A stretch of DNA of 64,000 nucleotides, from positions 16,928,001-16,992,000 of the forward strand of contig NC_058369.1 of assembly GCF_018350175.1 (NCBI RefSeq). Direction: 5' to 3'. Both the position numbers and the translations under genes were made by a program. The notes below the pieces were generated by a model. That model searched no databases and was not told the origin of the DNA. It saw only the letters and a program-made list of their open reading frames with translations. Position 1 is the first letter of the stretch. Each line of letters opens with the position of its first letter. This document shows, piece after piece, positions 24,383 through 37,642 of this stretch. The DNA is from Felis catus. Lineage: Eukaryota.

Positions 24383-26269
24383 AATACAACTTCTCTTCCT
24401 TTATCCACCCAACAATCCATTCAATTTGTTACGCATTTCCAGGTAAGTTGCAGATACAACTTCAGCTTTTTTCTTTTTTAATGTTTATTTATTTTTGAGA
24501 GCAGGAGAGAGGGAGACAGAGGAGCCAAAGCAGGTTCTGCACTGACAGCAGAGACCCTAATGTGGGGCTCGAACCCACGAACTACGAGATCATGACCTGA
24601 AGTCAGACGCTTAACCAACTGAGCCACCCCGGCATCCCATGACACATTCAGGCGAAACATCTTCATTTAGCCCTAACTAGCCAAAGCTCAAAGCTCAACT
24701 TTACTTCAGATTGCTCCCCACGGGAATGATAAATCCAAAAGCTTTAAAAACTCAGTGGAGCAGAGAGATCATCAAGAAGTGATAACAGTCCCCCATACCT
24801 GAGCTTCCACACTGGGCCAATCCTTATGACAATCTTAAAAATAGCGGCTTGGTCTATTTTACAAATGAAGAAAACATCTAAAGAGAGGAGGGAGGAGGTT
24901 TGCCTACGGTCACTCTGGTAACTGACCAGGTGGCCACAGGCTAAGACCCAGGGCTCTGGGTTCTCAGCCCTCTGTCTAGCTACCTCCACCTGTCATGGAC
25001 ACAGAGAAGGGTGTTTTATAACGACACAGGTCTGTCTCTGCAATCATTTGCACTCACGACCATGCCCACCATGAATTAAGCATTAGTGATAGCAGCCGGC
25101 AGCATGATAAAATGGAAAAGACTGTTTCAGGACCAGACTCCTTGGATTTGTTATTATTATTTTTTTAATGTTTATTTATTTTTGAGAGAAAGAGCGCAAG
25201 TGGGGGAGGGGCAGAAGAGAGAGGGAGACACAGAATCCAAAGCAGGCTCCAGGCTCTGAGCTGTCAGCACAGAGTCCGATGCAGGACTCAAACCCATGAA
25301 CCATGAGATCATGACCTGAGCCAAAGTCAGATGCTTAACCATCTGAGCCACCCAGGTGCCCCAGACTCCTTGGATTTGAATCCTGGTCCTTACACGGAGC
25401 AGCAGTGACTGTTCTATGGCTGGGAAAATTAACCTCAGGAAACCTTGACTCACAAGTCCAGTTCTAAGACGCAACCAAGAATAACAAAAATACCAACCTC
25501 TGTGGCCTGCAAAAACATTGAATCAATGTGAACCCATGTAAAATACCAAGACTCCAATAAACAGTAGCCATTCTATTTCTGATACATTCATGGTATCTGT
25601 AACCATGATACAGTCATTAAAAATATTTAAAATCTCCAAGTTGTGTTGATACTCATTCAGTGCCTTCATTACCTAGCAAGTTCCTGCCATGTTATCAGAA
25701 GCCAGGAATATAAGATGTTAATTCCCTGCACTAGAGAAGTTGTCTTTGTGCATACCTTCAAGCAGAACCTTATAGGCAATATGGTAGTGGTCACAACAAA
25801 GGCCATGATAGTGCCAATGATAATGACAAACTTGTTTTTTAAGTTTATTTATTTATTTTGAGAGAAAGAGACAGAGAGAGACCACAAATGGGGGAAGGGC
25901 AGAGAGAGGGAGAGAGACAGAATCCCAAGCAGGCTCCAAGCTCCCCTCTGAGCCTGATGCAGGGCTTCATCTCAGGATGGTGAGATCATGACCTGAGCCC
26001 AAACCAACAGTCGGACACTTAACTGACTGAGTGAGCTCGAGTGGGGGAGGGGCAGAGAGAGGGAGAGACAGAATCCCAAGCTTTGGGGGACACAGATAGA
26101 GATCTCTGTGCTAAACAGTGCAGAGCCTGACAAGGGGCTTGAACTCACAAACCATGAGATCGTGATCTGAGCTGAGATCAAGAGTCAGACACTTAACTGA
26201 CTGAACCACTGAGGTGCCCCACCTCACACCACTCTTAACAAATTTCCCAAATATTGGAGCAACGTTGAA

Positions 26270-27950
26270 CTAAAAAAAACTTTTGCACAGCAAAGAAAGC
26301 CATTAACAAAATTAAAAAGCAACTGATTGAATGGGAGAAGAGATTTGCAAATGATATATATGATAAGGGGTTAATATCTAAAATACATAAAAAGGAGCGT
26401 CTGGGTGGCTCAGTCAGCCAAGTATCTGACTCTTGCTCTCAGCTCAGGTCTTAATCTCAGGGTCAGGAGTTCAAGTCCAGTGTTGGGCTCCAAGCTGGGC
26501 ATGAAGCCCACTTAAAAAAAAATCAAATTGGGGCACCTGGGTAACTCAGTCAGTTAAGCATCTGCTTTTGGTTCAGGTCATGATCTCATGGTTCAAGAGT
26601 TCAAGTCCCACATCGGGCTCTCTGTGCACACAGAGCCTGCTCAGATCCTCTGTCCCCCTCTCTCTCGGCCTCTCCCCACTTGTGCATGTGCCCTCACTCT
26701 CTCTCAAAAATAAATAAAAACTTTAAAAAACTTAAAAAAATAATTTAAAAAAATAAAATACATAAAAAATTCATATAATTCTGTACCAAAAAAAAAAGGT
26801 CCAATTAAAAAATGGGCAGAAGACATGAACAAGTATTTTTTTCTAAGTGTATTTATTTTGAGAGAGAGAGAGAGAGAGAGCGCGCACACACGAGTGGGGG
26901 GATGGGGAGAGAGAATCCCAAGCAGGCTCCACACTCTCAGTGCAGAGCCTGACATGGGGCTTGAACCCACTAACTGTGAGATCGTGACCTGAGCCAAAGT
27001 CAAGAGCTGGATGCTTAACTGATTGAGCCACCCAGGTGCCCGAATAGGCATTTTTCAAAGAAGATATCCACATGGCCAATAGACACATGAAAAGATGCCC
27101 AACATCATTAATCATCAGGGAAATGCAAATCAAAACTACAATGAGCTATCAGTTCACGCTGGTCAGAATGACTAGAATCAAAAACACAAGAAAAAACCAG
27201 TGCTGGAGAGGATGTGGAGAAAAAGGAAACCCCATGCACTGTAGGTGGGAATATAAATTGGTGCAGCCACTGTAGAAAACAGTATGGAGATGCCTCAAAA
27301 AATTAAAAATAGAAATTCTATATGACCCTGTAATTCTATATGTGAGTACTCACCCAAAGAAAAGAAAAACACTAATTCAAAAAGGTAAGGCACCCCTATG
27401 TTTACAGCAGCATTATTTACAACAGCCAAGATCTAAAAGCAACTCAAGTGTCCACTGACAGATGGATAAAGATGTCTTACACTCTCTCACTTTCCTTCTC
27501 TCTCACACACACAATGGATTACTCAGCTATAAAAAAGAATGAACTGTTGCCATTGGTGACAACACGATGGACAAAGGGTATTACACTAAGTGAAATAAGT
27601 CAGGCAGAGAAAGACAAATACCATATGATTTCACTTATATGTGGAACTTAAAAACAACAGCACCAAAGATTTATAAATACACAGAACTGATGGTTGTCAG
27701 ACGGGACGGGGGTAGGAGAATGGGCCAAACAGATGAAGAAGATTAAGAGATACAAACTTCCAGTTATAAAATAAATAAGTCACAGGGATGCAAAGTATGG
27801 CATAGGGAATATAGTCAATAATATAATTAATAACTTTGCATGGTGACAGACGCTAATTACCAATACTTGTATCCTGGTATTTCATTATGTATGTAACTGT
27901 CAAATCACTATGTTGTACACCTGAAACTAATATTGTATGTCAACTTCAAC
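26270..27950 (+). mobile_element. L1MA-like 3' end interrupted by three SINEs
   Basis: ORF 27072-27275 ([13 protein letters not shown]...CWRGCGEKG...LVQPL). 3'UTR ends tgttgtacacctgaaactaatattgtatgtcaacttcaac. Confidence 0.8.
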
Positions 27951-30593
27951 AAAAAATTTTTTCCCTATTTAAAGAAAAAATAAGCAAGGGTGGCATTATT
28001 TGCAGATGTTAATATCTGAAAAAAGGAGAACAAGAAAAAAACATCAAAAAATTCGGGAATCTCAATCAGAAAATTATTAGAATAGTTGAGAAAAACTGTA
28101 GGATAAGTTATAAATGTTAAGAAGTCAACTACATCCCTATGTCAAAGACACCAAAGAAATATCCACAAAATGGGATCATTTCTTGTCGAGTAATAAAAAA
28201 AAAATTAATAAGAGGGTATTAATTTCCTCACTATTTTTTTAAAATAAAATTACACGACGACAATTTTAAAAACAAGAGAAAAAGTCACTGAAGAATACTG
28301 TCTAGAGCTTGAATGAAGTGCTGGTAAAATTCATCTGGATAAACAAGAGGGCACGATATCCTTTTAATAAAGGCTCTTGAGAGCAGACATATACTAAACT
28401 TTCAGTATCAATTAAAGACAAATTTCAGGGGCATCTGGGTGGCTCAGTTGGTTAAGCGCCAACTTGGCTCAGGTCATGATTTCACAGTCCGTGAATATGA
28501 GCCCCACATCAGGCTCTATACTTCAGATCCTCTTTGCCCCTCCCCCCCTTCACGTGCGTGCCTGTGCATGCACATGCACTCTCTCTCAAAAATAAGCAAA
28601 CATTAAAAAACAAGATAAATTTCGGGGCGTGCCTGGGTGGCTCAGTCAGTTAAGCATCAGAATTTCTCTTGGGTCACGATCTCACGGTTCATGGGTTTGA
28701 GCCCCACGCTGGGCTCAGAGACTGGAACCTGCTTCGGATTCTGTGTCTCCCTCTATCGTTGCCCCTCCCCAACTCACTCTCTCTCTCTCTCAAAAATAAA
28801 TAAACATTAAAAAATTTTTAAATAAAAAAATTAAAAAAGGATAAATTTCAGAAAAGCTCAGTTTTAAGAACTTTACGTATAAATAAAGCCAAACTACATA
28901 GAGAGGATCACTACTTTTCAGTAAATACTATAAATACTGTCGGGCTATTTAGTTATCAGCAGGTAGACAAATTCCAGTACTGTAGCAAATTCTAAAGAAG
29001 TTAATTTTCTTAAATTATTTTAAACCAGAAACAACAACAAAGAACAGCACCTTCATTCCATTCAGGAAGAAAAATATATTCCTGAATCCTGAAGAACAAA
29101 GGTAACATCAGTGACAAAATAGGAACATTCCAACGTCTTGTTCAAATAGTACTGCCTCCATAAATTCTTCCCCAGTTTTCTGCTCCCTTAACAACAAAAC
29201 AAAAACAAAAACGTGATGGGAAATAATTACTCCTTCCTGTGACCACCAATCTGTCCCCACTCACTACTTGAGTTGCTTCTGTGGCCCGCATCATCTTTTC
29301 CACAGCTGCACGTTATTTATTTCAATGCCTGTTCCCTAGCCCCCATCACAGCACAGCAGGTGACTTGAGGACCGTCTTTATCTCGAGTCCCTCATATAAA
29401 ACAGGAACTCCACAAATACTTCATGAATTAATGCATATCTGCATAGAAAACAAAACTTTTTAAATTTTTTTAATGTTTATTTATTTTTGAGACAATGCAA
29501 GAGACAGAGTGCAAGCAGTGGAGGGGCAGACAGAGGGAGACACAGAATCCGAAGTGGGCTCCAGGCTCCGAGCTGTCAGCCCAGAGCCCAAACTCACGAA
29601 CCGTGAGATCATGACCTGAGCTGAAGTCGGACGCCTAACCGACTGAGCCACTCAGGCGCCCCAAAACTTTTTTTTAACGTTTATTTTTGAAATGGGAGAG
29701 AGAGAGAGAGACAGAGACAGAGAGAGAGAAAGAGAGAGAGAATAGAAGAGGGGCAGAGAGAGGGAGACAAAGAATCCGAAGCAGGCTCCAGACTCTCAGC
29801 TGTCAGCACAGAGCCTGATGCGGAGCTCAAACTCACAAACCGAGAGATCATGACCTGAGCAGAAGTCGGATGCTTAGCCAACTGAGCCACCCAGGTGCCC
29901 CAAGATAAAGTATTTTTAAAAACCCAAATATATTGGGGCGCCTGGGTGGCTCAGTCGGTTAAGTGTCCGACTTCAGCTCAGGTCACGATCTTGCGGTCCG
30001 CGAGTTCAAGCCCCACATCGGGCTCTGGGCTGATGGCTCGGAGCCTGGAGCCTGCTTCCAATTCTGTGCCTCCCTCTCTCTCTGCCCCTCCCCCGTTCAT
30101 GCTCTGTCTCTCTCTGTCTCAAAAATAAATAAACGTTAAAAAAAAAATTAAAAAAAAAAACCCAAATATAGAAAAAAATATACATGAACACAATGATAAA
30201 ATCCTTTCCAAAATATTACAAAGAACTGAGAAAACAAAGTTGACACCATATTCTAATTGATAAGTCATTAAAAGTGAGGAATACATTCTCAACACATGGG
30301 AAAATACAAAGAAAATTATATCCTAGCCATTAAAGAGATATTCATTTTTACAAACTTTACACAACTATTAAGTTAGTAAAAATTACGTTAAATCCAACAT
30401 TGGTGGAGGAAAACGTAGAGGTCACTGTTAACTGGCTCCATCATTCCAAAGAACAATCTTGATACCACGTGAGGGCCAATCCAGGCTTTAATTCAGAAAT
30501 TCCTCTACAAGGAAAAAACTAAAATTTCATTATCCCTCACTTTCCTAGGCCCCTTCCCTGCTTTATTTTTTGTTTGTTTGTTTATTTATTTAT

Positions 30594-30627
<34 letters not shown>

Positions 30628-31632
30628 TGCAAGTGGGGAAGGAGCAGAGAGAGAGAGGGAAAGAGAGAATCCCAAGCAGGCACTGCACTGTCAGCAAGGA
30701 GCCTTGTTGCAGGGCTTGAACTCCCAAACCATGAGATTATGACCGAGCTGCAGTCGCAGCTTAACTGACTTGGCTTAACTGACTGAGCCACCCAGGCGTT
30801 CCTGTTTTTTTTAGTTTTTTAAGTTTTTTTTTTTTATGATTTGAGGGGAGGAGTCATAAATTGTTTCCTCTTATGAAGACTACAAAATGTGAAAAAGTTA
30901 CAATTAAACAACAGGTATGAAATTTCCTTAGTCCCTGCAATGTTATTTTTTTCATTTTATTTACTTTTAATTTTAAAAATAATTCATTGTGGTACAACAA
31001 AATGTACCCAGTTTAAGGGAACACCCCAGTGTCTACTGAGGTGATCTTGACCAACGGGCAGAGTGTGGTAAGTTGGCATCTATGGGACGCTGGGTCAAGT
31101 GCTCACCTCTTCAGTCTTTACAGGTAAGGGAGGCAGCAACTTGCCAAGGCCCTATCCCACCTGGTGGCAAGAACACTCCTTACCCCTGTCACCAAGGCCA
31201 TGAAGCCTCATGTGACCAAGGCCGCAGTTTCATGACACCTGGGACAGGGACCACACAACCAGGAGGCTGTGAACCGGCTAGGGAGCCTGCCCCTGGTTTC
31301 CTTGAGGGTCAGTCAGCAAGTGTGGACTTCAGAGTTAGGCTCCACTATCTACAGCCTGCTCTACAACCGTGAGCGTGTTTCCAAACCTCATTAAGCCGGT
31401 TTTCTTACTGGACTGAAGGAAAAATACCTTTGCTGGATGAAGGTGAAAATTAAATGAGACAATCCATCGTGAGGAAGTCATGATGTAGGACACACCTTAC
31501 CACAGCCATAATTACCCAAGTTGTCACCTCGTATGCCTGCCACCCAGGACTGTCCCCTGGCTGGCACAGTTATACCTTCTCTGGCTCTGAAAGGCTCAAA
31601 AGCCAAAAATGGGCAGTTGAGGCTAAAGTGTA

Positions 31633-31638
31633 TTTAAT
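31633..31638 (-). terminator. ELP6: Candidate ELP6 polyadenylation signal ATTAAA
   Basis: TTTAAT on the plus strand, about 270 nt past the stop codon; the first canonical-type hexamer I could see after the stop. Confidence 0.55.
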
Positions 31639-31906
31639 GAAAGGCTCCTGGGATGACTTTCACCTGGTTTCAATATGTGGCATCTCTCTCAGCAGAGGCC
31701 GGGTTGCAATTCCTTATGTGTTTCTGGAATAGGGCCCCGGGCAACAAAGGCATACTGTCACAGAGCCATTCCACGGCATCGGGTCACAGTGGTGGCAATC
31801 CAGGCTGAAATACCACTTCAAAGGTGTGCAGATCCATTCCCACACGTTGTTTCATCTTTCACATCTGAAAACAGTCCAAGGTAGCTACATTTGCCCCTCC
31901 ATCAGG

Positions 31907-32035
31907 TCACAGAACAGCAGGAGACATTCCTTTGGCAAAAAAGGACACGCTCTTGTCCTGTATCTTGTACTGGTAAGTGAGGCTCTGATCCCGCTGGGTT
32001 GTGGGCTGTGATGGCGTCCTCCAGAGGATCCTCAG
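31907..32035 (-). CDS. ELP6: ELP6 coding exon 7 (last): LRILWRTPSQPTTQRDQSLTYQYKIQDKSVSFFAKGMSPAVL*
   Basis: Acceptor ...cttcttgtcactgtAG|CTG at 32037-32036; stop TGA at 31909-31907; 129 nt. Confidence 0.96.
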   Translation of the reverse strand: MRILWRTPSQPTTQRDQSLTYQYKIQDKSVSFFAKGMSPAVL

Positions 32036-33335
32036 CTACAGTGACAAGAAGCAGGATGAGAGAGAAGCAGCCCCCAAGTTACCTGCTCCATTATGAACCT
32101 TACCTGCCTCCTCTGTAACCTGCAACTAAGGCCCCTAAGTTGAGATCACAGTCATGTGCCATGCAGCCAGGGGCTGGCTTCTAAAACAAAGCTTATGACC
32201 AGCTAACTAAAACTAAAGGTTTCCCCTTCATTACAGTAGTGATATTTGCTCACTACAGAAAGTGTGAAATAGAAAGAAAAAGAAAAAAAGCCCCCCAGAT
32301 ACAAACCCTTAAAGTATTTTTATGTGTTCTCTTTTGCTCTTTTCCCTAGGCATGGTTTTATATCTGTTGGCTACAATAATTGGGAAAATCGACTCATTAA
32401 AATCAGTACATCCAATTCAGAGGCTCAGGAAGGCTAGACATTTATTCTTATTCTGATGATATCTCAATGCCAGACACGCTAGAATGCTCAGGGGGACTGG
32501 CCTTAGAGCCAGGACACAAGCTTCCTGGCAGGACCCTCTCCTCATGCCATGCACATGAACACGACCAACACAGCATTTCTGAGCTTGCTCCTTTGTTTTA
32601 TTTTCTATAGCTACCCCTGAATGACTCTGGGCCAAAACTCCCACCCACCTCTAATGTGCCAAGAGTGGTCAACATCAAGTTAACCTGGAAGCCATGACAG
32701 CTTTGGGGGATGATTCCAAAAGAGAAGTTCCAGGGGCACATGGGTGGCTCATTCAGTTAAGCGTATAACTCTGGGTTTCGGCTCAGGTTATGATCTTGCA
32801 GTTCTTGGGATCCAGCCCCACACTGGGGTCTGCACTGATAGCACAGAGCCTATTTGGGATTCTCTCTCTCCCTCTGTCTCTGCCCCTCCCCTACTTGCAC
32901 TTTTCTCTCTCTCGAAATAAATACACATTAAAAAAAAAAAAAGTTCCAGAAGGCACAGAAGCATGGTAGCCCCTTGGGAGGGGTAGAACCTGACCTTCCT
33001 CTAAGGCAGGGCTCTCAGCTTCTGCCTGAGTTCTCAAATATTTCGGTCAGAGGCAAGAGTGGGGCAGCAACAACCCCAGCCATGGGCATGGTCCCCCCAC
33101 ATTTGTATTTTATTTATTATTATTACTTTTTAAAATTTTTAATGTTTATTTATTTTTTAGAGAAAGACAGAGTGTGAGCAGGGGAGGGGCAGAATCTGAA
33201 GCAGGCTGGAGGCTCTGAGCTGTCAGCACAGAGCCTGACACGGGGCTCGAACTCACGAACTGAGAGATCATGACCTGAACTGATGTCGGAAGTTTAACTG
33301 ACTGAGCCACCCAGGTGCCTCCACATTTGTATTTT

Positions 33336-33546
33336 TTTTTCAATGCTTTTTATTTATTTTTGGGACAGAGAGAGACAGAGCATGAACGGGGGAGGGGCAG
33401 AGAGAGAGGGAGACACAGAATCGGAAACAGCCTCCAGGCTCCGAGCCATCAGCCCAGAGCCTGACACGGGGCTCGAACTCACGGACCGCGAGATCGTGAC
33501 CTGGCTGAAGTCGGACACTTAACCGACTGCGCCACTCAGGCGCCCC
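33336..33546 (-). mobile_element. Young felid CAN-SINE, part of a four-SINE cluster (32733-33800) in ELP6 intron 6
   Basis: Young consensus flanked by CCACATTTGTATTTT repeats. Confidence 0.93.
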
Positions 33547-34127
33547 AACCACATTTGTATTTTAAAAGGAGCAGCACTGGGGTGCCTGGGTGGCTCAGTT
33601 GGTTAAGTGTCTGACTTCGGCTCAGGTCATGATTCGTGGCTCGTGATTTTGAGCCCCACATTGGGCTCCATGCTGACAGTGAGGAGCCTACTTGGGAATT
33701 TGCTCTCTCTCCCTCTCTCTCTCTGCCCCTCACCTGCATAGACACTCTCTCTCAATATAAACAAACTTAAAAAAAATAAATTAAAATAAAATTAAAAAAT
33801 AAAAGCAGCAGCACTGACCTGAGTATACAAAGCCTGCTGTGGTCCTGCAGAGGCATTCTGCTATTTGATAGCAGGGCCCCTGCATTCTGTTCCAGAAGGC
33901 AATCTGGTCTCCTTTTTAGGAGCTGCACTTTGGTCACAAACAGGACCACCATGGAACACCTGAACAGGTACATGAGGCTAGCACCATCTGGAACAGACTC
34001 TAATTTGGGTTCTCACAACTTCTGAGGTTTTCCGTCCGTCCGAAGAAACACCCCAACCAGACAACCCCCAGGGCCTGACACTATCCCACACACAGTCTAG
34101 GCTCAGGCCTAGCGAGCCCCTGCGCAC

Positions 34128-34274
34128 CTGCCCATGCACGTCCCTGCAGAAGCCAGTGGCCAGCCCCTCAGCCCGCAGGATCAGGTGGCTCTGGTGGCTA
34201 AGGCCGTTCAAAAGGATGTTGTTCTCCTCGTCCTCGGTGTCTCCACTGTCGTGCACCAGGGCTACTATGTTTCC
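34128..34274 (-). CDS. ELP6: ELP6 coding exon 6: GNIVALVHDSGDTEDEENNILLNGLSHQSHLILRAEGLATGFCRDVHGQ
   Basis: Acceptor ctgttgcAG|GGA; donor CAG|GTGCGC; 147 nt, phase 0-0. Seen within ORF 33978-34397. Confidence 0.97.
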
Positions 34275-36324
34275 CTGCAACAGAGATGGAAGATGAAAAC
34301 CGTTCCTCTGGGCAGGGTCACCAGGGAGTACCGGGCTTTCAGTGCCTCCACTCCCCTGCATGTCCTCGCCCAGAGCAGCCTCTGGCTGCCGCTGCAACCA
34401 CCCCCTCCATGGAAGGACCCTTGTTGCGCTCTAGGGTCCTAATTCCAATCACCTGCTGGACAGTCTCACCAGCACATCCAACCTATACTACCAGCTCAAT
34501 CCCTCTTAAACCAAGCTCAGCTCAGTCTGTGGTCCTCAATGTTAGCAAAAAGTGCCACCTTTCTGCGAGGCACCAATTCATCTAGTCAGCAGATCCTGAG
34601 TGCACAGCACGTGTCAGACACCACAGTGGGGATAAGAGGGGACCGGTATGGACCCTGGAGACAGAAAGATACTAACAACACAGGACACAAAGCCAGGAGA
34701 AAGGGGAGCAAGGGGGGCTAGGGGAGCCCAGGGAAGAGGCATCATGTCTGGCCCGGAGGGGAGGGTGACGTGGTGTGCACACCTGAGCCGAGTCAGAAGA
34801 GCAAGTAGGAGTTACCCAACCAGAACCAGAGGGGAAGGCTGACCCACTGAAGGGGATACCTTGAAGAGTAAGTCCTTTCAAAGGGATACCGTCCAGTTAA
34901 AAAGGATGAAGCAGATCTGTCTATTTTGGTTTTGGGCAATGGACATCAAAAGACACCATGCATTATGAAATGAGAAAAAAGGCAGGCTACCAGTAATGTG
35001 AAGAAAAATGCAGAAACACATACACATAAAACATGTTCATAATTGAACACACTCTCCAGAATACACGTTAGGAAAGAGATCATTACTTTTTATTAAAGTA
35101 CTCTTTATGCTACTTACTTATTTTTAAAAAAATCTTTTTAACATTTTTATTCACTTTAGAGAGACAGAGAGAGACAGAGTGCAAGCAGGAGAGGGGCAGA
35201 GAGACAGGGAGACACAGAATCTGAAGCAGGCTCCAGGCTCTGAGCTGTCAGCACAGCGCCTGATGCGGGGCTCAAACCCAAGAACTGTGAGATCATGACC
35301 CGAGCCGAAGTCGGCCGCCCAACCAACTGAACCACCCAGGCGCCCTATTTTTTCTTTTTTAAACTATTCCCAAGTTTCGCTTTTTCAGCTAAAAGAGGTT
35401 TTTTTAACCAAACGAGGGAGGTAGTGGGCACTTGCACTTAGTAGAGCAGGCTAAGCTGCAGGAGCTGTGGCCGCTTCACTGTCACCGAGCCGTGCCCTCC
35501 ACGCCCCTTCCACTCTCTCCTCCTCCCATTCTTTCCCCATCACCTGGTTCCCACCCCGTGCCTGTAGCCACACAGTCCCAGGAGCTCCCCTAAACACAGC
35601 TGCCAGGTAAGCTCTTGCACCTGGGAGGTGCTCGGCGTGCAGTGCTGGGTATATGCACCCTGGTTGACTCCATTGGCTCATCCCAATCGCCCAGCACCCT
35701 TGGCCTGACCACACCGTGCTAAGGGCCGCAGGTCCCTCCCAGGGGCACCATCGCACGCTGAAGAGCTGCCACGGGGGGCCAGATGCTGCATGGGAGTGTT
35801 GTAAGCTTCATGTCACTTAACTCTTGCAGCTTGGTTCCTGCGAGGTGGGCACCACAGCCATTCCTATTTTATAGGTGGGTCTACTATCATTATTTAACTA
35901 TTATGGTAAAATCCCCATTTTTGCCTCATAATTTGACAGTAAAAGTTACATCCTGTACTTGTACTGCATCTCACAATTTTTAATGCAGTTTATATCTCAA
36001 CTGATCTTCAAAACACACCCAGAGCGATAATGACTTGTCCCAGGACACAGGCAATGGGTGGCAGAGTTGGGACTGCTGTGGTACCACACACGACTGGTCC
36101 CATTTGAGACAGTACTGGTCAATCTTTTAATTTTGAGGGCTTTATTTTTTTAGCAGTGGCAAGTAGGGGAGGGAAGGATGGCAGACCAAAAGATTTCTGG
36201 GCCTACCAGCGTAAAGCCAAACCCCCAAATAAACAAAAAAGATCACTGCAAGCAAGGGAGGTATGGGCCTGTCTGGGCCTATGGGAATCACAGGCAGGAG
36301 CACGGAGAGCAGGCGGGTCGGTAC

Positions 36325-36526
36325 CTTTCGTTCCCAGCACACGGTGGCCCTGCAGTAGTGGATGAAGTCCAATACAGCCACCGCACCCATGCCCAGGCTC
36401 AGCAGCACACTGAGGTCGTCCACCAGCAGCACTGGGCACCTCCACGCAGCCTCTCCATCATCCACGGGCTTCAGAGCCTCCCGCACAAACTCGTACAGTG
36501 GCTGCAGGTTCTCAGCATTGGCCTCC
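36325..36526 (-). CDS. ELP6: ELP6 coding exon 5: (R)EANAENLQPLYEFVREALKPVDDGEAAWRCPVLLVDDLSVLLSLGMGAVAVLDFIHYCRATVCWERK
   Basis: Acceptor gttccAG|G; donor AAG|GTACCG; 202 nt. Contains the VLLVDDLS strand of the RecA-like fold. Confidence 0.97.
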
Positions 36527-37440
36527 CTGGAACATCAAGCGAGAGTCACCAGAGAGTTCACTCTGTCTACAAATGTTTATCTGGGACCAAGCAGCACCAC
36601 AGGAAAGGGCTGGGGGAGGCAGAGAACTGGATCATAGTCCTTGGCACTAAGGGGTTCATGATCTGGTTGGAAAGAAAAGGCATGTGTGCATACACAAGCA
36701 AGCTGTACTTCAAATATTCCTTGAGGCCTAGTAGGTACAAAGCACTGTGCTAGAAACTGGGGTACACAAAAATAAACAGCCTCCTGGGTCCTTGAGAGAC
36801 ACCATACAGCCAGCCCCTCAACCCAAGAGCTTAAGGTATTAGAAGATTAATTGGGATTGGGCAGGCAGAAGATATCTTCCCAGGAGGTCATAATGGGTGC
36901 AAAAAGCTAAACAGCCATTCAGGTGACCTGGTGGTGAGAACCAAGGTCTAAGGGCAGTTTGTGTACCTACCGGATTCCACCTATTTCTAAAGAACCTGGC
37001 CCAGCTACCTCCATCTCTCCAATGACTACCTTGGCAGTCACTTCCCAGCAAGAGAGGCTCAAAAAGCAGCAGAGCACAGGGCCCAAGCACCTGCTCACGC
37101 TCCAGGTCTGCGGCCCACTAACAGCAAGGACAACAACTTCCCACAACCTGGGGTCAGGTGTCACCAGGCCCATCATTCAGACGAAGGCACCCAGGTTCAG
37201 AGATGCTAAAAGCTATGTGAGAGATCACACACACAGGGTCAGGGCACAGGGCCTTCTGACTCCACACTGCCTTCCAGCCACTGCAAAAGGTGGCATCTGA
37301 TAGAGGGGGCAGCAGGGAGAGTTCCCATACGGACTCCTCTGTGGTGAAGGAAGAACAGGTGGGGAGTCTGCACAGAGCTATGTTTGTGGCTGACACTCAT
37401 AAAAGACAAAAAGCAGGAAAACCAATCTCAGAATAGCAAA

Positions 37441-37642
37441 CCGGGGTCACCAGACTTTTCTTAAAAGGCCAACAGTAATATTTCAGGCTTGTGGGTCAAA
37501 TGATCTCTGTCTCAACTACTCAACTGTGCTATGGGAGAGAACAGCCAGGGACAATATGCAAACAAATGAATGCAGATATTCCAATAAAACTTTATTTACA
37601 GAAACAGGTAGCTAGCCATGGTCCATAGTGTGCCAATCCCTG
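37441..37642 (-). mobile_element. MER58A-like hAT-Charlie MITE
   Basis: Terminal inverted-repeat-like ends ccggggtcaccagact... / ...gtgtgccaatccctg. Internal ctcaactactcaact and ccaataaaactttatttaca match recalled MER58A. Confidence 0.8.

Noticed and set aside
33097..33563. CRISPR-like array of short direct repeats
   Set aside because: The repeats are target-site duplications and the spacers are SINEs; this is eukaryotic DNA with no cas genes.
36178..36753. 191-aa plus-strand ORF
   Set aside because: Antisense shadow of ELP6 exon 5; no independent gene signals.
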